In this document: piece by piece, positions 1 through 7,607 of the stretch
Layout of the letters: each line of letters starts with the position of its first letter
How positions within the stretch are numbered: position 1 is the stretch's first letter
NCBI GenBank assembly: GCA_045863855.1
Contig: BTVV01000039.1
Span: forward strand, 1-48,971
DNA: 48,971 nt
Reading direction: 5' to 3'
DNA from: Planctomycetota bacterium
GTDB taxonomy: Bacteria > Planctomycetota > SZUA-567 > H5-PLA8
Notes under the pieces: model-generated
What the model was told of the DNA's origin: nothing
Database searches by the model: none
The model's input: only the letters and a program-made list of their open reading frames with translations
Translations under genes and position numbers: made by a program

Positions 1-3000
1 TGATGCTGCGGGCAATCAATTCCCCGTTTACCAGCTCCACCAAATAAGCGCCGGTGTCTTCGAAATCGATCAACTGGCGCGGATCTTTGAAATCGTACGC
101 AAGCTGGATACGGCCGTCCTCAAGCATCGTGCGCCGCCCGGCCAACGGCCATGCGCTGCTTCCCAGCATGCGCCAAGCCACCTGTCGCGCCGCCTGATCG
201 TAAAGCATCTCGATCGATTTCAATGCGGCAGCCGGGATCTTGGCAAAGCTTGCTTCGGCGCGCCAAGCGCGTCCGAACTCAACCGCCTGATTCCACTGCT
301 GCTTCTCGACCAGGCTTTTCAGTTCCGACACCCGTGCAAGCAGCTCCGGCGCCTGATCTGAAATAGGCAGCGGATCGAAGAATACGGCGCTGCATACCGC
401 GTTGAAGCCCGCCGTACGCGTAAACCGCAGCGTGACGCGCCCGCTCAACTCCCAAGACAGGTAGACCCCTTTGGACAAGCTAGGAGCCGACAGCTCCTGG
501 CGGTCCAGGACCTTGCCACCGTCCGTTTCGATCGCCTCCACGATCTGCGCGCGTCCGCTCTGATCGTAGTCGGCCATGTACAGGCTGACGCGGCGCGACT
601 CTCCGGGAGCCATTTCCAGCTCGTAGCGGAACGTGGTGGTGCTGAAGTCCCCGCAGGCGCCCTTTTCGGCGCCGTCCGGCGGATCCAACTCGGCAAGCGG
701 ATTCAAAACCGTGGCCCACCGGTGAGTCGAACGCTCCAATCCGGTAAACGATTTTACGTAGGCCGGCAGCTTCTGAAGATCGAAGGTTTCCGCCGGAATG
801 CCGCCTTGCGTGGTGCTCTTGACGCCCGGAAAGACATAGCCGTCTTTGCCGAACGCGTTTTTCCAGGCGCCGTGCGTTTCTTCGTCGCGGGCCAGGAAGC
901 GCACGGAAGCGGGATTTCCGTCCACCGCGGTGACGGGCGCGGTGGGCGAGGGCGTCGCTCTCGGCGTGCCATGCGCTATACGGCCACCGATGGACAGTAG
1001 CACGATGTCCTGGCCTTGGCCTTCCTTGAGTCCGTACGCCGGAGCCACGTTGACCACCTTGTGATGGCCCGCGTCGGCGGCTTCGAGCCGGTACACGATG
1101 ACGCGCTTCTCGCCCGGCTTCAACGTAGCCGGATCCAACTTCAGCCAACCTTCCGGCGTGGCCTTGGAGTACCGTTGGGCTACTGTAAACGACACCATCG
1201 GAGTGATCGTCCGATCCTCCGCTGCCCGGTTCAGCACCTCGAAGGTAAGTTCCGATCCCGCCGGCCAAGCCATCCCCGCGCCTTTGATGCCCGCGTACAC
1301 ATAACTGGCATTATGCCCGCCCGCGACACCGCCCCCTATTTGGTGGTCGGTGTAGGAATCTCGGAAGGCTTCCGCATACGCCGCCGCAAGTCCGAACCTG
1401 TTCTCGGCTTCGGCGGCCCCGAAGCGGACCAGTTCGCGGCTCGTTTCGGGCGGCCGGTAACGGATGGCTTTCAGCACGATTTCCCGGCTGCGTCCGGATT
1501 TCAGCCCGTGTGCGGGCGCCACCGCGATCACCTTATGCGGACCGGCATCCGAGGCTTTCAAGCGGTAGCTCATCCAGCGCTTTTCGTCGGGCGCGAGCGT
1601 GACTTCATCCAGTTCCATCCAGCCCGGATCGCCGGCCTTCTCGGCCGTGAACGAGACGCGCGGACGAAGCGTCTTGGGTTGTGCTTCGCGATTCCAAAGC
1701 TCGAACGCAAGCTCCGATCCTTCCGGCCACGTCCAGCCCGCGCCGCGCAACCCCACGAAGGTGATGTTCGCCGTGTCGGCGCCCATGATGCCGCCCGCAT
1801 CGTGTTGCCGGGAATACGGATCCGTGAAGAGTTCGCCGTACGACTGCGGCCGCCCGAGCTGGTTTTGGGCCGCGGTCGCGCCGAAGCGTATCAACTCGAG
1901 TTCCCCTGCTGGAGCCAGCCCATCCGCCTGGACCGTCGTGGAATCGGGCGCCTTCACTCCGCCTTGGCGGATGACCAGATCGTCCAATCCCAGGCAGTCG
2001 TTGCTGCCCGGCGCCCCGGCACGCACTCCCTTGAACTCGATATGATGCAGGTACAGTCCCTTAAGCAATTGCGGTGCGCCGGGTGCGCCGCTGGTAAGCA
2101 CCGCTTCGGCCAGGACCGCGCGCACGGGCTTCCATTGGTTGCCGGCAATGTTCTCCAAGGCCAGCCGATATCGATTGGCGTCCCCGCCTTCGGGTCCGGC
2201 CATAATCTCTAGGTGCGGTTCTTTGTACCCGCGCAAGTAAAGCTGAAACTCGGCCACCGTGCCGCGCTCGACGAAATCCAGGCGCCGGTACGCGCCGATG
2301 CGGTCCCCTTTGTCCGTGGTGACCTTCAGGACGCTGCGGCCGTCGACCGTGCGTACCTCAACCTCGCTGCCGTCGCCCTTGAACCCGCACAAGTCTCCTT
2401 CGAAGGCGGCCTGTACGACGGTCTCGCCGGCGGCGGGTACGATCTCGCCGGCGGCGGGAGGCTGCGGCTGCGGATTCTGGGCCGGCGTGGGAGCCGGGCT
2501 TACCGGCTTCGCTTCGGCCACTTTCGGCTCCCACTCCGCGATCAGCGCCCGCGCTTCGGCGGCGGCCTGGCTTTGACCGTGATCCACCAAGTACACGCGC
2601 AAGCGTCTCACGCGGCCCGCGAAATCGTCCTCGGCCAAGCCATCGAACTTGCGCAATTCTTCGAGCGCGAGACGCGCGCGCTCTTCCTGCGCGGCATCCG
2701 GAATCGGTTCGGCCGGCGTGGCCTCCGGCTGCGCGTGCACCGGCGTTTCGGGCTTGCGATCAGGTACAGTGCGTGGCCCGGCCGGAGGCGGATGTTCCGT
2801 GGCGTGGACGGCCGGAGGCTGCGGACGCGTCGGCGCCGGGGAAGAACCGCCGCTCAACGCCACCATGCCCACGCCCGCCAGAGCCAGACCGATCGCGCCA
2901 AGAATGAGCCCGGTTTGCATCGAACTCGCGCCTTCGCGCCGCCGCGGAAGGGCGTGCGAAATCGAGCGCCGGGGCGCATCGGAAGTTCCTCCGTCCGGTT

Positions 3001-3262
3001 CGGCCACCGGCGCCGCGGCCGGAACGCCGGCCGCGGTGGTCTCGCCCGGCCGATGCACCTGAATCACCGCCGACGATCGGCGTTGATTGCGATGCGCCGG
3101 CGTCACGCGGCTGGAGGAGGTCCGAATGTGCGTGTCGGAAGGTTTGTCGGCCGTTCGGCATTTGCCGCAGGTAACTTTTTCATCTACGCGGACCGCACGT
3201 CCATCGGTGAGTTCGCTCTCGGGAACTCGAACGCCGCATGCATCGCAATAGTGGATTTGCAT
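1..3262 (-). CDS. Large (>1087 aa) bitopic protein, 3'-truncated by the window edge: N-terminal Zn ribbon, Pro/Ala-rich linker, TM helix, several extracytoplasmic beta-rich domains
   Basis: My translation from ATG at 3262 (MQIHYCDACGVRVPESELTDGRAVRVDEKVTCGKCR...) stays open to position 1. TM segment GLILGAIGLALAGVGMVALSGG. Absent from the ORF track, presumably because its stop lies outside the window; the + ORFs 1016..2212 and 2213..3361 are its antisense shadows. Confidence 0.88.
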   Translation of the reverse strand, partial: MQIHYCDACGVRVPESELTDGRAVRVDEKVTCGKCRTADKPSDTHIRTSSSRVTPAHRNQRRSSAVIQVHRPGETTAAGVPAAAPVAEPDGGTSDAPRRSISHALPRRREGASSMQTGLILGAIGLALAGVGMVALSGGSSPAPTRPQPPAVHATEHPPPAGPRTVPDRKPETPVHAQPEATPAEPIPDAAQEERARLALEELRKFDGLAEDDFAGRVRRLRVYLVDHGQSQAAAEARALIAEWEPKVAEAKPVSPAPTPAQNPQPQPPAAGEIVPAAGETVVQAAFEGDLCGFKGDGSEVEVRTVDGRSVLKVTTDKGDRIGAYRRLDFVERGTVAEFQLYLRGYKEPHLEIMAGPEGGDANRYRLALENIAGNQWKPVRAVLAEAVLTSGAPGAPQLLKGLYLHHIEFKGVRAGAPGSNDCLGLDDLVIRQGGVKAPDSTTVQADGLAPAGELELIRFGATAAQNQLGRPQSYGELFTDPYSRQHDAGGIMGADTANITFVGLRGAGWTWPEGSELAFELWNREAQPKTLRPRVSFTAEKAGDPGWMELDEVTLAPDEKRWMSYRLKASDAGPHKVIAVAPAHGLKSGRSREIVLKAIRYRPPETSRELVRFGAAEAENRFGLAAAYAEAFRDSYTDHQIGGGVAGGHNASYVYAGIKGAGMAWPAGSELTFEVLNRAAEDRTITPMVSFTVAQRYSKATPEGWLKLDPATLKPGEKRVIVYRLEAADAGHHKVVNVAPAYGLKEGQGQDIVLLSIGGRIAHGTPRATPSPTAPVTAVDGNPASVRFLARDEETHGAWKNAFGKDGYVFPGVKSTTQGGIPAETFDLQKLPAYVKSFTGLERSTHRWATVLNPLAELDPPDGAEKGACGDFSTTTFRYELEMAPGESRRVSLYMADYDQSGRAQIVEAIETDGGKVLDRQELSAPSLSKGVYLSWELSGRVTLRFTRTAGFNAVCSAVFFDPLPISDQAPELLARVSELKSLVEKQQWNQAVEFGRAWRAEASFAKIPAAALKSIEMLYDQAARQVAWRMLGSSAWPLAGRRTMLEDGRIQLAYDFKDPRQLIDFEDTGAYLVELVNGELIARSI

Positions 3263-3444
3263 AAGATCACGAGCCAAGCACAGAGGCGCCTTTCCGGTAG
3301 GCGCAATAGGCCCAACCTATTGAGGACGCGCCGGATACGCGTCTTTGCGGCCTCTATTTAAGCAGACTGGCGGAGCAGCACAACGGAACCGTGCGCTAGC
3401 TGGCAGATAAAATGATGCACGTGTGTTGTTTGCACCGGTGCACC

Positions 3445-4452
3445 TTACAGTCGGCGCATGCAAGAGATGACGCGTTCGGCTACGCGCAGCGCGCGAACCC
3501 CCGCCGCTCCGTCCACCAGCGGCGGACGATTCATGCGCACGCACTCCAAGAAAGCCGCCAGTTCGGCTTCCAGGCCCGGCGTTTTGTCGCCTTTCAGGGT
3601 CTCGCGGCGTACGAGCTTCTCGAGCTGGAAGACGAGCGCCGCCGTACCCAGGATCGAGGGGCTCAGCTTCGAAGGATCGATCTCGCCGCGCTTGAGCGCC
3701 TCGGACTTCTCGATGAAGACGCCTTCGTTGTTGAGCAGATCCAGCGAGAGATAGCCGTCGTCCTGAAAGATGCGCCACTTGCGTTCTTTCTTGAGCGAGA
3801 CGCGGCTGGCGGTCACGTTCGCGACGCAACCATTCGGAAACTCCAGGCGCGCGTTGGCCACGTCTTCGGTGGTCGAAAAGACCGGCGTGCCGGCGGCGCG
3901 GATTTCGGACGGCTCTTCGCCGGCCAGCATCACCGCGAGGTCGATATCGTGGATCATCAGGTCCAGCGTCACGCCGACATCGGTGCTTCGAAACGGATAG
4001 GGCGAGATGCGCGCGGCCTCGATGAAGCGCGGGCGCCTGAAGTACGGCGCGGCGGCGCGGACGATCGGATTGAAGCGTTCGACGTGCCCGACCTGGAGCA
4101 GCGCGCCGCTCTTCGCGGCCAGCGCGCACAGTTCTTCGGCTTCGGCGACGGTCTTCGCCAGCGGCTTTTCGATCAGGCAAGGTACGCCCCGTTCGAGAAA
4201 GTACCCGCCCACCGCGCGGTGGTAGGTCGTCGGTACGACCACCGAGACGGCGTCGACGCGGCCTTCGAGTTGGCGGTAGTCGGAGAAGAACGGAACCTTC
4301 AGCTTCTTCGCGAAGGCTTCGGAGTCCGGCGTCACGTCGCACAGCGCCGCCAGTTCCAGGCCAGAGCCTTTGGCTTTGGCGAAGCGAGCGTGAATCTCGG
4401 CGTGAATCTTGCCCAGGTGGCCGAGCCCGACGACGGCGATGCGCAGCGGCAT
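3445..4452 (-). CDS. Gfo/Idh/MocA family oxidoreductase, GnnA-like (candidate UDP-GlcNAc 3-dehydrogenase)
   Basis: Rossmann VVGLGHLG, IEKPLA, GHVERFNP, DLMIHDID motifs; downstream of lpxA on the same strand. Confidence 0.9.
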   Translation of the reverse strand: MPLRIAVVGLGHLGKIHAEIHARFAKAKGSGLELAALCDVTPDSEAFAKKLKVPFFSDYRQLEGRVDAVSVVVPTTYHRAVGGYFLERGVPCLIEKPLAKTVAEAEELCALAAKSGALLQVGHVERFNPIVRAAAPYFRRPRFIEAARISPYPFRSTDVGVTLDLMIHDIDLAVMLAGEEPSEIRAAGTPVFSTTEDVANARLEFPNGCVANVTASRVSLKKERKWRIFQDDGYLSLDLLNNEGVFIEKSEALKRGEIDPSKLSPSILGTAALVFQLEKLVRRETLKGDKTPGLEAELAAFLECVRMNRPPLVDGAAGVRALRVAERVISCMRRL

Positions 4453-4491
4453 GAAGCGGTCGTCCCTTCCGTTTGGACGTTCCCGTCGCGG

Positions 4492-4971
4492 CTACAGCTT
4501 CCCGGACTCGCGCAGGCGGTTCAGCACCGCCAATTGCCCGAGATGGTAATGCCCGTGCCCGACCTGATGCGAAATCGCGTGCGCCGCCGTCGGCAGCCAG
4601 CGCCGCTCCACCACAGACGGCTGGCCCAAATCCACCGGGTTCATCGACTGCAGCACGCGCAGGACTTCCGCATGCACGCGGTCGAATTCCGTCCGCACTT
4701 CGTCGAACGGCGGATACTGCTCAGGCGGTAGCTTTTCGCTGGTGAAGTCGAAGAGCGCATCCCACTCGCGTTTGCGCGCCGACTGTCCGCGCGGCACCTC
4801 GAGGATCAGGTAATCCTCGGCCCAAGCCATGTGTCCGGTCAGCCAGACGGCATGATTGATGTTGGGCGCCGGGCGGCGCACCGCGGAAGAAGCATCGAAA
4901 CCCAGCAGCAGCTCGCGCCAGTTGCGGCCGATGATCTCCACCTCGGCCCGGAAGTAGGACAATACGTCCAT
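4492..4971 (-). CDS. DinB/YfiT family four-helix metalloprotein
   Basis: NHAVWLTGHMAWAED and HQVGHGHYHLGQL His motifs; ATG at 4971 with GGAG upstream (the track's longer start is a shadow of the EAKT repeat). Confidence 0.85.
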   Translation of the reverse strand: MDVLSYFRAEVEIIGRNWRELLLGFDASSAVRRPAPNINHAVWLTGHMAWAEDYLILEVPRGQSARKREWDALFDFTSEKLPPEQYPPFDEVRTEFDRVHAEVLRVLQSMNPVDLGQPSVVERRWLPTAAHAISHQVGHGHYHLGQLAVLNRLRESGKL

Positions 4972-4999
4972 GCGCGCTCCCCGGGCCGCCGGAAGTCGG

Positions 5000-5809
5000 C
5001 TACTCCGTTTTAGCTGCGTCCGTTTTGGCTTCGGTCTTGGCCTCGGTCTTGGCCTCGGTCTTGGCTTCGGTCTTGGCTTCGGTCTTGGCTTCGGCCGATT
5101 TCGCTTCGGACTTGCTTTCACCGGTCTTGGCTTCGCCGGTTTTGGCCGCGGGCTCTTCGGGCTTGGGCACGGGCAGCTTGGTGTACACCTCGTACGTGTG
5201 GCTGCGCTTGTTCAAGGTTTGGATGCCTAGGATCTTGGGCGGGTCCACAGGCTTATCGCCGGCGGTCTTTACGGCGGCGAGTTTCTCCATCACGTCCTGG
5301 CCTTCGAGCACCTTGCCGAAGACGGTGTGCTTCCCGTCCAGCGCACGGTTCCCGCCCACGCTCTTGTTGATGTTGAAGAAGAACTGGCTGCCGTTGGTGT
5401 TGGGCCCGGCATTGGCCATGGCCAGGGTGCCGTATTCGTTCTTGTGGGGGTTCTCGGTAAACTCGTCCGGAATAAAGTAGCCCGGGTTGCCCTTGCCGGT
5501 CCCCTCGGGGCAGCCGCCTTGAATGCAGAAATTGGGGATGATGCGGTGGAAGACGAGTTTGTCGTAATAGCCGCGTTCGGCGAGCACGATGAAGTTCGCT
5601 ACCGTGTTGGGCGCGGCGTCCTCGAAGAGTTCGATCTTGATCTCGCCCAGCGAGGTCTTGACCAGCATCTTCGGGTTGTCTTCCTTCGCCTGCGGCTGGT
5701 ACGGCAGCGCCGGACCCGTGCCCTTGGGCGCGTCGCCGCACCCGGCCAACGCCGCCAGCGCCAGCACGACGCCGATTCCCGCTCCGATTCGCGCCTGACC
5801 GTTCAGCAC
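5000..5809 (-). CDS. Cyclophilin-type peptidyl-prolyl isomerase, predicted lipoprotein with EAKT-repeat C-terminal tail
   Basis: APNTVANF, FHRIIPNFCIQGG, LAMANAGPNTNGSQFF, LDGKHTVFG; lipobox LAALAGC; GTG start at 5809 preceded by AGGAG. Confidence 0.93.
   Translation of the reverse strand: MLNGQARIGAGIGVVLALAALAGCGDAPKGTGPALPYQPQAKEDNPKMLVKTSLGEIKIELFEDAAPNTVANFIVLAERGYYDKLVFHRIIPNFCIQGGCPEGTGKGNPGYFIPDEFTENPHKNEYGTLAMANAGPNTNGSQFFFNINKSVGGNRALDGKHTVFGKVLEGQDVMEKLAAVKTAGDKPVDPPKILGIQTLNKRSHTYEVYTKLPVPKPEEPAAKTGEAKTGESKSEAKSAEAKTEAKTEAKTEAKTEAKTEAKTDAAKTE
5022..5093. repeat. 12-bp tandem repeat x6 encoding (EAKT)6
   Basis: Unit GT(C/T)TTGGC(T/C)TCG at 5022, 5034, 5046, 5058, 5070, 5082, with degenerate AKT units on either side. 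Confidence 0.95.
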
Positions 5810-5813
5810 CTTC

Positions 5814-6722
5814 TTACTCCTCGATCTTTTTGACCGTATACGCGTGAGGGCGCTTCCATACGACCTCGACCGCTTCCAGCGTTTCGCCGGCCTGCAACGT
5901 GTCCACCACATCCATGCCGCGGAAGACCACGCCGAAGACCGTATGTTTCCCGTCCAGCCACGCCGCGTCCACCTGCGTCACGAAAAACTGGCTGCCGTTG
6001 CTGTCCGGTCCGGCATTGGCCATGGCCAGCACACCGCGGCGCACCGGGTGGCTCGAAAGATCCTCGCGGTACTTGTACCCCTGCTTCTCGTACAGCGCCT
6101 GGACCGTCAGGCTCGCCGCGGGCTCTTTGGGCGGCTTCTGCTTCAGCTTCTGCGCCCATTCGCGGACCGTGAGCTTATCCAGCCCCAGGCTTGCCGCGCT
6201 TACCTCGTCGGCGATGCGATATCCCGGTCCGCCCAAACCCGTCCCCGTCGGATCGCCGCCCTGCGCCATGAACTGCTCGATCACGCGGTGGAACGCGAGC
6301 TTGTCGTAAAAATGGCGCTCGGCCAGCGCGATAAAGTTCGCCACCGTGTTCGGCGCGTGGTCTTCCAGCAACACCGCCCAGATCTCGCCGCGTTTCAGAC
6401 GCAGCACGACGACGGGCAGGTTGGTCTGCAGCGCCGGGCGTTCGAGCAGTTTGCGCGCGGCCTCGGCCTGAGCCGCGTCGGGGCCCTGCGCCATGGCTTC
6501 CACCGCCGCGCGCGCCGCCGGACCGTAGCGCAGCACGCCATCGGTGCCTTCCAGCCGTTCGCGTAGATTCGAACTGTTGATCCGCGCGAGCTGAGCCTTG
6601 AGATCCTGCGCGTCGGATTCCGAAAGCTTCAGCGCGTCCAGCGCCGAGCCGGCGGGTTCTTCCGCGCGTACCGCGCAGACCAGCAGCGCCGCGCACAGCA
6701 GCATTCGCGCCGCGCGCATCAT
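5814..6722 (-). CDS. Second cyclophilin-type PPIase with signal peptide, HEAT-like N-terminal module and ~45-aa insertion in the catalytic domain
   Basis: MMRAARMLLCAALLVCAVRA signal; FHRVIEQFMAQGGDP, MANAGPDSNGSQFF, WLDGKHTVFG; start overlaps the lpxA stop (ATGA). Confidence 0.92.
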   Translation of the reverse strand: MMRAARMLLCAALLVCAVRAEEPAGSALDALKLSESDAQDLKAQLARINSSNLRERLEGTDGVLRYGPAARAAVEAMAQGPDAAQAEAARKLLERPALQTNLPVVVLRLKRGEIWAVLLEDHAPNTVANFIALAERHFYDKLAFHRVIEQFMAQGGDPTGTGLGGPGYRIADEVSAASLGLDKLTVREWAQKLKQKPPKEPAASLTVQALYEKQGYKYREDLSSHPVRRGVLAMANAGPDSNGSQFFVTQVDAAWLDGKHTVFGVVFRGMDVVDTLQAGETLEAVEVVWKRPHAYTVKKIEE

Positions 6723-7606
6723 TCCGCTTCGTCCTCGTCCATCTCCGCGCCGTCGGGCGGCCGGAACGAGAGATCCCCGTCGCGCTCGGACGGCGGTACG
6801 ATCTGCCGTTCGGCTTCCAGGGCGCGCCCGTTCTTGCCCGCGTCGCTGCGCTTCACGAAGCGCACGAACTCGGCCACCACGGGGTGCTGCGTGTAGCCTT
6901 CGCGTTCGATCTCGGCGTACGCTTCGGCGCGGCTGCCCTTGTCGCGCACCAGCAGCCGGAACGCCGACTTGAGCGCCGCCACCGGTTCGCCCGTGATCCC
7001 GCGCCGGCGCAGCCCTTCGAGGTTCAGTCCGCGAATCCGCGCCGGATGCCCTTCGGCCAGCGTGTGCGGCGGCACGTCGATGCTCAACCGCGCGCTCCCG
7101 CCCACGAAGCTCCCGCGCCCGATCGTCACGAAGTGGTGGATTGCGCACAGTCCGCTGATCCGCGCGCCTTCCTGAACATGCACGTGCCCGGCCAGTTGGG
7201 ACGCGTTGGCGACGATGATCTGGTCGGCGAGGATGCAATCGTGAGCGATATGCGCGTACGCCATGATCAGGCAGTTCTTCCCGATCGCCGTGCGCCCGCC
7301 GCCCAGCGCCGTGCCGGGATGCAGCGTCGCGCATTCGCGCACGATCGTGCCCGCGCCGATCTCCAGCGTCGTCGGCTCGCCCTTGTACTTTAGATCTTGC
7401 GGCACGCAGCCCAGCACCGCGCCGGGGAAAACCTGTACGCCTTCGCCCAGCGTCGTATGGCCGGTCACGGTGGCGTGGTTGTGAATCGTCACGCCCGCGC
7501 CGAGGACCGCGTGCGGACCGATTACGGCATACGGGCCCACCTGCACGCCGTCGCCCAGGCGCGCTTGCGGATCGATCACCGCCGTCGGATGAACCTCGAC
7601 GCTCAC
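6719..7606 (-). CDS. lpxA: Acyl-ACP--UDP-N-acetylglucosamine acyltransferase
   Basis: VHPTAVID hexapeptide repeats, PQDLKYKGE, HIAHDC, LAGHV, DVPP, GLNLEGLRRRG; acidic C-terminal extension. Confidence 0.97.
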   Translation of the reverse strand: MSVEVHPTAVIDPQARLGDGVQVGPYAVIGPHAVLGAGVTIHNHATVTGHTTLGEGVQVFPGAVLGCVPQDLKYKGEPTTLEIGAGTIVRECATLHPGTALGGGRTAIGKNCLIMAYAHIAHDCILADQIIVANASQLAGHVHVQEGARISGLCAIHHFVTIGRGSFVGGSARLSIDVPPHTLAEGHPARIRGLNLEGLRRRGITGEPVAALKSAFRLLVRDKGSRAEAYAEIEREGYTQHPVVAEFVRFVKRSDAGKNGRALEAERQIVPPSERDGDLSFRPPDGAEMDEDEAE

Positions 7607-7607
7607 G

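Noticed and set aside
1016..3361. Long + strand ORFs 1016..2212 and 2213..3361
   Set aside because: Antisense shadows of the real minus-strand gene 3262..<1; Arg-rich, no motifs
5022..5093. Tandem repeat as a possible CRISPR array
   Set aside because: 12-bp units with no spacers, inside a coding frame; no cas genes in the window
4972..5121. PKPRPKPR N-terminus on the DinB ORF and the GLGLGF/LASV repeat ORFs
   Set aside because: Alternative-frame readings of the 12-bp EAKT repeat in the cyclophilin gene
6723..7334. Apparent 506-aa cyclophilin fusion (5814..7334)
   Set aside because: The extension overlaps lpxA out of frame; the signal peptide begins at ATG 6722
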